DNA of 64,000 bases. Source: Octopus bimaculoides. Lineage: Eukaryota. Where the stretch lies: positions 136,949,388 to 137,013,387 of the forward strand of contig NC_068984.1 of assembly GCF_001194135.2 (NCBI RefSeq). The letters run 5' to 3'. Position numbers and translations under genes: made by a program. Every line of letters starts with the position of its first letter. Positions within the stretch are counted from its first letter, which is position 1. A model generated the notes under the pieces. That model searched no databases. It was not told the origin of the DNA and saw only the letters and a list, made by a program, of their open reading frames with translations. Of this stretch, positions 26,455-40,088 are shown one piece after another.

Positions 26455-26812
26455 GCATAACTGGTATTTATCTAATCGACTCCGAAAGGATGAAAGGCAA
26501 AGTCGACTTCACCAGGATTTGAACTCAGAACATAAAGACAGACGAAATACCACTAAGCATTTCGCCTGGCGTGCTAACGTTTCTTATTTCTTTATGGCCC
26601 ACATGGGGATAAACATAGAGGGGACAAACAAGGACAGACAAAGGAATTAAGTTGTCGATTACATCGATCCCAGTGCGTAACTGGTACTTAATTTATCGAC
26701 CCCGAAAGGATGAAAGGCAAAGTCGACCTCGGCGGAATTTAAACTCAGAACGTAATGGCAGACGAAATACCGCTAAGCATTTTGCCTGGCGTGCTAACGA
26801 TTCTGCCAGCTT
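26455..26812 (-). mobile_element. Family C head-to-tail dimer
   Basis: Two consecutive units joined at AATAAGAAACGTTAGC. Confidence 0.85.
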
Positions 26813-27179
26813 TGTATATTATTGGCCTATGTATATTATTGGCATAATGACCCTCCCAAAAACCAAGTGTTAAACTTGTGCAAAAACCAGTCTGATATTA
26901 AAAACAAAGAAGAAAATTTCAGATGAAAACCTTAAAGTACAAACCTGTCACTCGTCAGTTTCAGTGTTACTAATTACAGTACACTCATATTTTCAATTCC
27001 CTTTTGTCCTAAATATAAACGTCCAAGTGCTTCATCTGCAAACTTAACCTAGGCAGTAACCCTTTGTATCAAGAGAATCGTGTCAGCTTCAGAGCCACAG
27101 TGAGGCTTTCTATGTTGCCATTTGTTTTTGTTTTTTTTCATAATAATGTCTAAGATAAGAAAATATCACATGTCTGCGT

Positions 27180-27222
<43 letters not shown>

Positions 27223-27382
27223 TGTGTGAATGTGGGGGTTGTAGGTTGTAGAAGGCCAGGTTGTTGAAGAAGAAATCATTGAATTAAAAACTTTATGATT
27301 TCTATCCTATCAGAGGCACAGTGTATGTTCAAACCCAGAACCCTGCACTATTTTCAGACAGGTTTCTATTTAGAGATGATGA

Positions 27383-27437
<55 letters not shown>

Positions 27438-28833
27438 CGGTGATGGTGGTGGTGGTGTGTTTGTGTGTATGTGAATGTTGTGCACATCTGCATGTGTATG
27501 AGTGCATGTGTCGTGTGGCATGCATTTCGAAATGTATTCATTTGAATAATGCACATGTGTGTTTGTGTGTGTGTGCAGAGAATGTAGTTGTTTAAAATAT
27601 GCATCTTTTTTGTTTAAAATGCATATGTTGGTGCACATGCACATTAGTTTAAAAAACAGCATTTGTTTAAAAACCATTCATATTTGCTTAAAAACCGTGT
27701 GTTTGTTTGTTTAAAAGGATTGTGTATTTGTGCATGTGTGTGTGTGTGTGTGTTTGAAAAGGACGTACATTTGTAAATATGCAACATGTGTTTTGCACTG
27801 ACTTGGTGAAATGATACATGGTAAATTGTACATGCTGAATCTCATACATGATTATAAAAAAAATGCTTCATATGTTGCAGTGTTCCTAATGAAATTCTTC
27901 ACCGATTTACAGAGCCATTCAGTCACAGGAAAATAGCGAAAGTGATCTTGGATATGAAAGAAGGAAACCAATACGAACTTCAGTAGGTTACAATTTATAG
28001 GGAGCGCAACTGCAGGCCAATCAATGAAACATCAAATACCAACACACACATAGATAGATATACAGAAAATTCTGAAATACTGTGTCAATTGAAGCAAATG
28101 AGATGTAATACATGTGCATCTACAAACACAGATGTGCCTACGGTGAGACTTGACACAGAAGTTTGATCTAATAAAAGTAGAAACTAGAGCAAAGTATTCA
28201 AAAACCTAACATACGCAAACATCAATACACAAGATCACACACATATATAAGTGCGTCTGTGTATATCGCATATGCATGCATGCACACACATACATGCAAA
28301 CGCATAATTTTTCCTAAGGATTTTTTATGATATTCCCTTAGTAATCCTTCAAGTTCAGTTTGGAGCATTAACATTCCTAAATCTATTAGCATTTCATTAG
28401 CATTTCAAAGATATCTCAGCTCCAACCTCAAAAGGAAATTATAACAAAATGGCAGGCTATCAGGTTATCAAACATTTTGTATTCAATCGCAAAGGATCAT
28501 GGGAGTACTGATGATATTTTTCTTGATTTTCTTTTTGTTTCTTTTTACCAATGGCAGGTTTAAAAATTAACACTCAAATCTGGTAGTTTTTGTAGCTACT
28601 TTCACAAGAATTGTATCCTGTAAATTGATCTTTGGCTGAAGCATATGGTTTTGAAAAAATCTCCATCAATATTTTTCTAATATTTTCGTACTATTTTACA
28701 TAGGATTTAAGTGTTGTCAACAATCCTTTTTCTGTTTATTTCCTCGCATGTTTTTCTGCTTATTTCTTGCAGTAAACAATGGTAACGTTTTTACTTGTAT
28801 GACTAATGTTACTGTCTGATTCCTGAAGTTTAC

Positions 28834-29075
28834 AACTGAATCTCTAAGCAAGTGTTGCCTGAAGAATTAACAGATGGAAGAAGAAGCATAGGATTTCCAA
28901 ATCTGTGCTTTAAGGACCAATGTAAAACTACTCTGAAAGAGTTCTTTACTGACGAAGGAAAATAGAAATAGGAAGTGTCAGCAGAGAAGCACAATAAATG
29001 AAGACCAGCTGTGCACAGAGGAGCCAAAGTTCATGAAGATACCTGCATTCTTGCTAAAAGGGCAAAACCACAATG
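28834..29075 (+). mobile_element. Decayed RTE (BovB-like) LINE fragment
   Basis: ISKQVLPEELTDGRRSIGFPNLCFKDQCKTTLKEF..EVSAEKHNK*RPAVHRG matches the RTE PKQLLYGEL..G.R..GRP.LR.KD..K motif, with in-frame stops. Confidence 0.75.
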
Positions 29076-29604
29076 TAAATCAATGTTTTGCAACTATTTT
29101 TACCTGTGGACCACTTTGATTACTATCTTACTCAGGTAGATCCTCCAGCCATTCAATGTTTTCTTTTTATGTTTTTTTAATTTTTTTTTTGTTGATATTG
29201 TTTGCATCCTATCTCACTGATATATGACTTTTTCTCAACCATTTTTTACCAATGGGCCCCTTTGATTCCCATTTTATTTGGCCAGACCCTCAAAGCCATT
29301 CAATGTTTAAAAAAATTCTATTATAATTATATTTGGAAGGGCATCCAGCTGTAAAAAAAATCACGCCAAAACGAGCTTCACCTGCGCTAGTGTCACGCAA
29401 GAAGCACTGAGTCTGCCCTGCAGAGTCGTTGGTGTTAGGAAGGGCATCCATCCGTAAAAACCCTGCGAAAACAGACACAGTAGACTGGAGTAGTCTTCTA
29501 CCTGGCCAACACCTGTCAACTGTCCTACACATGCCAGCATGGAAGACGGATATTAAACGATGATGATGATGAGGATGATGATAATGATGATGACAATGAT
29601 GACA

Positions 29605-29635
<31 letters not shown>

Positions 29636-31447
29636 CTAGCATGAGGTTCTGTGATTTGTTTATTTGTGACTTTTTGTTAATAAGAAAGTTTTCCATTCTG
29701 GGTTTATTATGTTATATTCCAGCAAAGAGTTAATGATTAAGTGCTATTTTATGAGGGGTTTTTTCGGGTTTTTTTTTTTTTTTTTCAATAGTGTAATAAT
29801 CTACTCTGAAGTTAGGATGTATTTGGTTCTTGCAGTATAATAGAAACTACCAAACTTAACTGTTCAATAATTTTTAAACCAGCATTGAGTAGAAAAAAGA
29901 ACAAAAAAAAAACTACAAAGGAAAAAAATCCCCGACACTCATACGATTCTTTGTGATCCAACACAAACCATGGGAACATATGCCATTCTAGTATCGTTTA
30001 ATTCTGAGGATGGAGCTGAGAGAGCTTTGAAACGTTAATGAATTAATGGATTTAGGAATGCTAATGTTCCAAATTAAACATAAAGAACTGTTTTAAAGGA
30101 AATATGAAAAAAAAAAAATCGTTAATAAACAGACGATCAAACTCAAACATAGCCGTGTCTTTAATATGACATATTGAAAATAAAAGCTGTTCCCAATATA
30201 TATACATACATATACATATATAAATAAACATGCACATGTATGTGTGTGTGTGTGTGTGCATGCAAGCACAACACACACATATACATGCATGCATGCACAT
30301 ACATTCATAAAGTTTTGCACACAGACATAAAATACAAGGGAATATGTCAAAATTGTCAAACTTGACAAGTACCAAGCGCAAATCTTTAGGCCCGTGTAAG
30401 TTCTGCAGTATTTTCAGTCAATAAAAGAGAGCTTTGGGGAGGGAGAGGAAGATGGGGAGGGGAAGAAAGAGGAAGGCAATGAGGGGAGGGAGGGAGGTGT
30501 GTGGAAGGAGGATGGAAAGAGAGAAAGGGCGATGGAGGAAAAGGGCTGGGTATGTAAGTAGGCAGGTAATTGGTTGGGTGGGTGGTTGATTGGGTGGATG
30601 GAATGATGGACAGATGAGCAGATAGATAAATAGAAAGACAGACAGATACACAGATACATGCATAAATAGAAGAGGAAGTTGGATTTGGAGAATCAAGCAA
30701 AACTTGTGGTAGGTGTTCCAGCTGAGGAACTCGTTATCAGATCTCATACTAATTAGATTATGATGTAATTCAATGTGATTATGAATCTGAAAATCCAGGA
30801 TGCACGGGACCAAGAGATTTGAGATGCAAAAGAAGATTTAATACTTTCATATGGTCACAGCTGTTTCATAATTTACTCCAGTTACATCATTAATTTCAAA
30901 TCATATGTACATTTATAGTATATTTAGCACATAGTTATATGTATATGTTATATATGTACATAGGCAGTGAAATTGATAACATCATCATCATCATTATTAT
31001 CGTCATCATTTAATGTCTGCTTTCCATGCTGGCATGGGTTGGATGGTTTGAGAGAGGACGGCAAACTGGGAGGCTGCACTAGATTGTACTAAATATACTA
31101 TGAATGTACATATGCTTTGAAATTAATGATGAAACTGGAGCAAATTATGAAACAGCTGTAACCATACAGAAGTATCAAATCTTTTGCCTGACAGATCTCT
31201 TGGTTTTAAGCTTATTATATATGTGAACAGAGAAACGCAAACCAACCGATAGATCCATATACTCTGCCTGACGTTTTCTCTTTAATCTGTTTCCAACTCT
31301 CATTCTCTCTCTCTCTCTCTCACATGCACACATCACAAAACCATGTACCAGTGTAACTGAAGCAAAAGATTTACAAGTAGACATCTTGTCTATCAAAGAA
31401 AGAACAAGTACCAAACATAACAGAAACTGAAACGTAACAAAAATTAC

Positions 31448-31537
31448 CATTTGACTCCAAGACTTCTGAGGTAAGACGTATGGTAAAGGGGTATTCTTCC
31501 GGTATGATAGCCTGTAACCCTTTTTCAGCCAAGTAAC
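31448..31537 (-). CDS. PNPT1: PNPase internal exon (90 nt, phase 1 to 1): (G)[29 protein letters not shown](G)
   Basis: Acceptor ttttcacAG, donor GTAATT. Matches the conserved LAEK...[14 protein letters not shown] segment. Confidence 0.97.
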
Positions 31538-31716
31538 CTGTGAAAATTAGCAGAAGAAAATAAATATTCATTACAATAGCATATGTTTCACAATAAAAGC
31601 TAACCCTAGTATTAAAGATGACACCAAAAACTTAACCCTTTAGCATTTAAACTGGCTATATCTAGCTCTTATCTGGGTTTGCAGTTATAGTATTGAAGAG
31701 TATAAATTTTAAGTAC

Positions 31717-31783
31717 CATGTCCGATTTCTCGTCTTCCAATGCTAGATAGCCGACCAGTTTCATTCGTGGCATATGGTGGAAA
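31717..31783 (-). CDS. PNPT1: PNPase internal exon (67 nt, phase 0 to 1): [22 protein letters not shown](G)
   Basis: Acceptor ttctttccatttcAG, donor [14 protein letters not shown] and RRExGHG are RNase PH/PNPase signature motifs. Confidence 0.97.
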
Positions 31784-31892
31784 CTGAAATGGAAAGAACG
31801 TGGTGAGTTAAGAAATAAAATTACTGAAAGTATAGAGGAAAGAGTCAAAGGGTTAAATGGAAATCTGAGCTGAAATCTCATTAGCTTTTATT

Positions 31893-32512
31893 CTTTTACT
31901 TGTTTCAGTCATTGGATTGCAGCCATGCTGGGGGTACCATCTGGAAGGGGTCAGTCGACCAAATCTATTCCAGTATTTATTCTTTATTCGAATTCCACCA
32001 AGGTCAACTTTGCCTTTCATCCTTTTGGGATCGATAAATTAAGTACCGGCTGTTTACTGGGACCGATCTAATTGACTGACCCCCTCCCCAAAAATTTCGG
32101 GCCTTGTGCCTAGAGTAGAAAAGAATAACTATTCTTTATTTTGTATTTGCTTTTTTTTTGTTTTGTTTTTTTTGGGGAGGTGAAGGGGTCTGGTACTTAT
32201 TCTGTCAGTTTCTTTTACGGAATTGCTGTGATATGGGAATGTAAATAAACAAACACCTGTTGTCAAATGATGATAGGGGACAAACATGATATAAACAAAA
32301 AGATATACAGATGCCCACACACACATATATATACCTACACACACGCAATGGGCTTCCTCTCAGTTTCCATTTACCAAAGTTCAATCATGAGACATTGGTC
32401 ATCCCAAGGCTATAGTAAAAAAAAAACACTTGCTCAAGGTACCACACACAGAGATTGAACATGACACCATATGGCTGCCAAGTGAGCTTCTTAACCACAC
32501 AGCTATGCCTAT
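31893..32512 (-). mobile_element. SINE family A with a family C fragment (about 31985-32130, plus strand) nested inside
   Basis: Tail at 31893-31980, body and head at 32190-32512, CORE-like motif between them. Confidence 0.6.
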
Positions 32513-33227
32513 CTCCATTAGATGAAAAATAAAGCAAGATTTCACAAGATTAAAATTTCATCACAATCTCATGTAAAACAAAACAAAAAAAAATGTTTTA
32601 AAAGTTGTATCCTAAATACCAGCTTAATATATTGATAAATAAATTTAAAGTTATTTGCTTCGTTAATCTCCACCACATTCCCACACAACACCCCACCCCA
32701 ATTTTTGATTAATTTCAAAATTACTCAAGCAAATGAACAGTATAATCTCATTAGAAATATGGTCACAAGAGGGTCAATTAATCTCTCTGTTACTTTCCGG
32801 CTATTTACCTAGAACATCTTTTAGTTGAATCTAAGGAGAAAGCAAAGCTTTGCCAATAATTCCATCAAGAACCTCTTCAATGAGAAGTGAAAAGTGAACA
32901 AGTGAGAACAGCCTTAGTCAAAAGTGTTGCTGGAGATATTTATGTTACACTAACAGACATACTTATCATCACAGTTTGATATGAATATTGAAAACATAAA
33001 CACACACACACACACACACACACGTGTGCAGATGTATACATGGGCACACACTTATCACAAGTATAGAGGCCATCTTATAAGAATGTGTTAAGACTTCGTT
33101 CAGATTTCCCCAATAATTAATTTCACCTTTTGTGTTCCTGTCTACCTTACATTTTATTTATCAAATCTCCAAGCATCTTCATATTCTTCATATATATGTG
33201 TGCATGTATACAAACACACACAGACAC

Positions 33228-33295
33228 ACAGATAGATAGATAGATATATATATATATATAGATAGATAGATAGATAGGTAGATAGATAGACAGAC

Positions 33296-33366
<71 letters not shown>

Positions 33367-33479
33367 CAGACAGATAGACAGACAGACAGATAGACTCAGA
33401 CAGACAGATAGACAGACAGATAGATAGACACAGACAGACAGACAGACAGACAGATAGATAGAAAGATGATGGATGGATG

Positions 33480-33514
<35 letters not shown>

Positions 33515-33525
33515 TAGATAGATAC
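33228..33525. repeat. (GATA)n/(GACA)n microsatellite
   Basis: Direct inspection. Confidence 0.95.
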
Positions 33526-33889
33526 ATTTCTTTTATTAGCCACACAGGGCTCAACAAAGATGGGACGAATACAATGTAGAGATAGATAGATCATGAACAA
33601 ACAATGTTTTCCTTTGAGATGCATTTTAACACTTTAGGCGGCAAGCCATCTGAAAGCACTTTTGGTTCAATGGCACAAAAGTTATGCATTTTAAAAGGTT
33701 TATTTATATTAAAAGGTTCCGTTTAAATCTAACGTAAAAACTATTCGTTAAATTATGCTCTAAACATCAACTTCATAGCAAAAGAATTAGTTACTTCACT
33801 AAACCCATCCAACTTGTTCAAATTGTCAAAATATATTGAAACACATAGGTTATTTTATATTCAGAAATATTATCACAGAAATATTATTA

Positions 33890-34242
33890 AGGCAGCGAGC
33901 TGGCAGAAATGTTAGCATGCTGGGCGAAATGCTTAGCGGTATTTTGTCTGCCGTTACATTCTGAGTTCAAATTCCGCCGAGGTCGACTTTGCCTTTCATC
34001 CTTTCAGGGCCGATAAATTAAGTACCAGTTATGCACTGGGGTTGACGTAATCGACTTAATCCTTTTGTCTGTCCTTGTTTGTCCCCTCTATGTTTAGCCC
34101 CTTGTGGGTAATAAAGAAATAAGAAACGTTAGCATGCCGGGCGAAATGCTTAGTGGTATTTCGTCTGTCTTTACGTTCTGAGTTCAAATTCCGCCGAGGT
34201 CGACTTAGCCTTTCTTCCTTTCGGGGTCGATAAATTAAGTAC
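33890..34242 (+). mobile_element. Family C head-to-tail dimer, running into a gap
   Basis: Same junction as the 26.5-kb dimer. Confidence 0.85.
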
Positions 34243-34792
34243 NNNNNNNNNNNNNNNNNNNNNNNNNNNNNNNNNNNNNNNNNNNNNNNNNNNNNNNNNN
34301 NNNNNNNNNNNNNNNNNNNNNNNNNNNNNNNNNNNNNNNNNNNNNNNNNNNNNNNNNNNNNNNNNNNNNNNNNNNNNNNNNNNNNNNNNNNNNNNNNNNN
34401 NNNNNNNNNNNNNNNNNNNNNNNNNNNNNNNNNNNNNNNNNNNNNNNNNNNNNNNNNNNNNNNNNNNNNNNNNNNNNNNNNNNNNNNNNNNNNNNNNNNN
34501 NNNNNNNNNNNNNNNNNNNNNNNNNNNNNNNNNNNNNNNNNNNNNNNNNNNNNNNNNNNNNNNNNNNNNNNNNNNNNNNNNNNNNNNNNNNNNNNNNNNN
34601 NNNNNNNNNNNNNNNNNNNNNNNNNNNNNNNNNNNNNNNNNNNNNNNNNNNNNNNNNNNNNNNNNNNNNNNNNNNNNNNNNNNNNNNNNNNNNNNNNNNN
34701 NNNNNNNNNNNNNNNNNNNNNNNNNNTTAACTCATTGGATCGTTGTCAAGCCATCCAAACCATCACACAGCATGAATATGGACATTAAATGG

Positions 34793-34836
<44 letters not shown>

Positions 34837-35234
34837 ATGGTGGTGGCGGTGGCGGTGGCGGTGGTGGTGGCAATGATGGCAATGATGATGATGGTGTTAA
34901 GTCCTTCTTCACAGAATTCAAGTCAGTCGCTAAGAGGGTGACAAAGTTTCTCTTGTATGAATCGAGACGGTTCGAAGGGTTTGAGGATAAGTGAACGAGT
35001 TGGTGCATGATCATATGTAGGTTTGTTTGTGGCCATACACATTTGCATTCTCAAATACTACAAGGAAATTGGGTTCACTTGAACTGAACCGGAACATACA
35101 AGATTTGTTTCTTAACTAAAAGTTTAGGAGCATTAAGAAGAAGATGGCTCTCATGCTGAATGGGACACTAGGTAAAACTTGGGACTTATTACTCAAGACA
35201 AATAAACTATGATTAGTCCACATTATTCCGTAAA

Positions 35235-35515
35235 AAACTATGCCTGGTTTCTAAGGCATAGTATGCACTCCTCCCTGGATGGGATGCCAGTCCTTTCCTG
35301 GATTACTCATTTCTACGAGCTGAGTGGACCGAAGCAATGTGAAATGGAACAGAACAAATGTAGCCCCCACTCTCCCACCACCACCACCACTACCACCATA
35401 CCTCTCCGCCAACTCCCCTCCATCCTCTTACAACACATCGCCCGCTCCAGGAATCGAAACCACAATCTTGTGATCATGAGTCTAACACTCCAACCACTAA
35501 GTCATGCACTTCCAC
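35235..35515 (-). mobile_element. tRNA-head/CORE-like SINE carrying an 89-bp foreign insert (uninterrupted relative at about 4170-4412)
   Basis: GCTGAGTGGAC..GCAA..TGAAAT and GAATCGAAACCAC..ACCACTAA blocks align with the 4.3-kb copy. Confidence 0.7.
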
Positions 35516-35902
35516 AAACAAAGGCCAATGTAGAATTTACTAAAATTCCTAAATAAGATATCATATTTGATGGCTTATAAGACATACTATTTTTCCACCA
35601 AAACATCTCAAAAAATTACTTCAGGTCGTATATGTGAAGTTGGGCCAGCCATAAGATAATTTTGTCCTACGAAAAGTTCCTGGCATTAAGGGTATCATGA
35701 AACACCTGGTTGGAGGCCCAGCCTTCTAGTTCTTTTACAGGGCTTAGAAAAACTGAAGGACTGCTGCAATAAGTGTGTGAATCTGAGAGGGGAATATGTT
35801 CAATAAAATCATAATTAACTGAATCCTATTGTATTTTCCTTTACACAAAACCAGAAATTTTTCAGCACCCCCTCACACACACACAAACACATACAAATAT
35901 AC

Positions 35903-35995
<93 letters not shown>

Positions 35996-36120
35996 TATAG
36001 ACACATACACAGATACATATAAATATATACATATATATGTACATATGTGTATAGATATACATATATATATATGTGTGCATATATATATGTATATATATAC
36101 GTATATATATATATATATAT

Positions 36121-36175
<55 letters not shown>

Positions 36176-36190
36176 TATATNNNNNNNNNN

Positions 36191-36243
<53 letters not shown>

Positions 36244-36303
36244 CATATATATATACACACATATATACATATATATATAAATATAATATATAAATATATA
36301 TAC

Positions 36304-36356
<53 letters not shown>

Positions 36357-36869
36357 TGTGTGTGTGTAATGTTGAAGTATCAACCTTCAATCTTTCCACT
36401 TTTTCACCCTGGATTCTTTAACCATCAGATACATCTGATATTCTTCTCCAACCACTGAATGCACAAAGCACACATCCCACTCGCCACCCTCCATCATCCC
36501 AGCTTGCTTAATCCATTTACATTACATATATATCTAAAGCAATTGGAGTTGTTTCCCCCTGTACACACATCAGTCGACACCCCTTTTGATGCTTGACCAC
36601 TTCTGCAACTAAATCGTTCTCAGTGGTTCTTTTTCTAACTTAATGTTTCATGCCCAGTGAACTGTGACCAACTTATTCCTCTCAAAAGTTGTCAATGCAG
36701 TAATAAAGGATGAACCAAAACAAAAAAATAACAGAGAAAAAATAGCTCCAATAGATGCGGAAATCCACACCATATCCAGAAAAGCTTTCAATGAAACTAC
36801 TTCGCATAACAACAAAAACAGCAATAGATCTGCTGGAACAGAATCGAACAAAGCTAAATAAGAACAACG

Positions 36870-36902
<33 letters not shown>

Positions 36903-37164
36903 ACACTAGCAGCAAGTCAAAAGTCAATGTGAGATTATATGTACTTATAGCACTGACCCTTGTGAAGGACAAACAAAGAGCCAGCCAACCTTGAAATAGG
37001 GAAAGAGATCTAATCTATTTGTCAGCCATCACAGTTTTTTGGTTTGGGGTTCATGGAACAGAACAAATGTAGCCCCCACTCTCCCACCACCACCACCACC
37101 ACTACCACCATACCTCTCCGCCAACTCCCCTCCATCCTCTTACAGATGCACTGTTACATGTTTT

Positions 37165-37600
37165 CCCTTGTCATCATCATCATGTTTGTTGTTGTGGTTG
37201 TTGTTGTAGTAGTGGAGATGGTGATGGTGGCGATGATGGTGGCTGTGGTAGTGGTGGGTTGAGCTGGGGGTGGTGGGATGGGGATGTTGCAATGGTGGTG
37301 GTGGAAGTGGTGGTGGTAATGGTGGTGGTTATGGTAGTGGTAGGGTGAGGTGAGGAGGTGGGATGGGGATGTTGCAATGGTGGTGGTAGAAGTGATGGTG
37401 GTGGTGGCGGTAGCAGTGGTGGTAATGGTGGTGCTTGTGGTAGTGGTGGAGTGAGGTGGAGATTGTAGTGGTGGTGGTGGTGGAAGTGGTGGTAGTGATG
37501 GTAGCGGTAGTAGTGCTTGTAGTGGTGGTTGTAGTGCTACCGCTTACAGGTGCTGATAGTGGTTGTTGTTGTCATCGTTGTGGTGGTGGTGTTTAACTGA
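37165..37600. repeat. Degenerate (GGT)n tract
   Basis: Triplet-repeat composition. Confidence 0.85.
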
Positions 37601-37699
37601 GCATGTTCAAAAATCAGTGGCAATCCACAAAGAGGAAAAGAGTTTTTTTTAACCCTAGGCTGGAGTAGCAGTGAAGAGGGGGAGGGAGAGAAGGGGCTG

Positions 37700-38078
37700 G
37701 GTGTGTCAGCAACAGAATACATAACTAAGAAAGAGGGAGGGGCAAAAGGTGAGAAGGACATGGTAGAGAAACAGAAGTGAGAGGAGAAGTGAAAGTGGGT
37801 GGTAGAGTAAGAGAGGTATGAAGGGAATTGGGGAAAGTGAAAGTAGAAGGAAATGTTAGAGAGAGAGAGAGAGAGGGAGGATGAGGGAAAGAGAGGATGA
37901 AGGAAATAAGGAGAGAGTAAAGAAAAGGGAGACAGAGAGAGAAGTTGAAGGATTGAGAAAGGGGTAAAGACCTGATAGGAAGGGAAGAAAGACAGGGAGA
38001 GAGAGGGGGAGAAGGAAGGAAAGGAAGGAAGACAGACAGATAGAAAGCAAGGAAAAAGAAGGAAAGAAAGAAAGGAGA

Positions 38079-38127
<49 letters not shown>

Positions 38128-38354
38128 CACGCAGGCAGGCAGACAGACAGACAGACAGGCAGACAGAATGAAAGACAGACAGACAGACAGACAGAAAGAC
38201 AGACAAAAAGACAGACAGACAGACAGACAGAAAGACAGAAAGAAAGACAGACAGACAGACAGACAGAAAGAAAAAGAAAGATAGGAAGGAAGACAGAAAG
38301 TAGGGAAGGAAGGGAGAATGAAAGGAAGGGAGAATGAAAGGAAGGAAGGAAGGA

Positions 38355-38403
<49 letters not shown>

Positions 38404-38523
38404 GGCAGGCAGACAGACAGACAGACAGAAAGAAAGAAAGAAAACAAGCAGGCAGAAAGACAGACAGACAGACAGACAAAGAAAGATAGGAAAGAAGACA
38501 GAAAGTAGGGAAGGAAGGAAGGA

Positions 38524-38570
<47 letters not shown>

Positions 38571-38695
38571 AAGAAAGAAAGAAAACAAGCAGGCAGGCAG
38601 ACAGAAAGACAGACAGGCAGGGAAGTGAATGGAGATCTGGCAAGAGAAAGAGAGAGAGAAGACAAAACAAGATGAGAGAGGGAGGGAGGGAGGGA
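37700..38695. repeat. Polypurine tract with compound (GAAA)/(GACA)/(GGAA) microsatellites
   Basis: Near-exclusive G/A composition plus GACA runs. Confidence 0.9.
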
Positions 38696-39736
38696 NNNNN
38701 NNNNNNNNNNNNNNNNNNNNNNNNNNNNNNNNNNNNNNNNNNNNNNNNNNNNNNNNNNNNNNNNNNNNNNNNNNNNNNNNNNNNNNNNNNNNNNNNNNNN
38801 NNNNNNNNNNNNNNNNNNNNNNNNNNNNNNNNNNNNNNNNNNNNNNNNNNNNNNNNNNNNNNNNNNNNNNNNNNNNNNNNNNNNNNNNNNNNNNNNNNNN
38901 NNNNNNNNNNNNNNNNNNNNNNNNNNNNNNNNNNNNNNNNNNNNNNNNNNNNNNNNNNNNNNNNNNNNNNNNNNNNNNNNNNNNNNNNNNNNNNNNNNNN
39001 NNNNNNNNNNNNNNNNNNNNNNNNNNNNNNNNNNNNNNNNNNNNNNNNNNNNNNNNNNNNNNNNNNNNNNNNNNNNNNAGGTGAGAGAATGGAGAGCGCA
39101 CACATTGTAAACTGTAGCACATAAATAACAAGATTAGAGACAGCCAGAAAACTATGCATCTCCTTCTATATAGCATTATAGAAGAGAAAATTAAGTTAAT
39201 AGCAGTGTGAATGCCGAATTGCACCGCGCCAGCAAGCTGACCCCCACAGGGAGTGTTCAATAATGAAGAATTTGGTTAGCAGAACACTCTGGATAATTGG
39301 TTTCCAAGATGGCAGCCATTGTATTACCTGACATATTCAAGCTTTTGATCTTGTTGCTTGTTCTTGGCTCACACTTGTAGCAAGACAATTGTTAGAGAAG
39401 GAGACAGAATGATAATAGTACTCTGTCTTCTCTTCCACACTTTATATATACATATACATACATACGTATACATATATGTACGTAAATATACATCTGCGTG
39501 TGTATATGTGTTCTGCAGACAAATGATAGATAGGTAGACAGAGAGGTAGATACAGAGAGGGGAGTTATAAACGCATACACATAAATTGAGAGACACAGTT
39601 ATGAAGCATAGGATATGTGCATACATGCACACAAACATACAAAACCCATATTATTTGTCCACCACATAGTAACACAGAGAAGTTAGCAGCAATGTTGGCC
39701 ACTAGTTGTAAAGATGGGTGTATAAATACAAACAAC

Positions 39737-40088
39737 ATAATCATCATCACCATCATCGTTTAACGTCCGCTTTCCATGCTAGCATGGGTTGGATGATTTG
39801 ACTGAGGACTGGTGAAACCAGATGGCTACACCAGGCTCCAATCTGATTTGGCAGTGTTTCTACTGCTGGATGCCCTTCCTAACGCCAACCACTCCGAGAG
39901 TGTAGTGAGTGCTTTTATGTGACACCGGCACGAAGGCCAGTCAGGCGGTACTGGCAACGGCCACGCTCAAAATGGAGTATTTTACGTGCCACCTGCACAG
40001 GAGCCAGTCCAGCAGCACTGGCAACGATCTCGCACGAATCTCTTTTCACGTGACACCGGCACAAGTGCCAGGAAGGCGACGCTGGTAA
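39737..40088 (-). mobile_element. Family B element
   Basis: Low-divergence reverse consensus. Confidence 0.85.

Noticed and set aside
36648-36994. Overlapping short ORFs on both strands in non-repetitive-looking sequence
   Set aside because: No recognisable motif and no convincing splice sites in register with PNPT1.
39800-39830. CTGAGGA-CTGGT-GAAA in family B copies as a hammerhead core
   Set aside because: There is no stem II between the motifs, no correct stem III/NUH, and CTGG instead pairs with the downstream CCAG.
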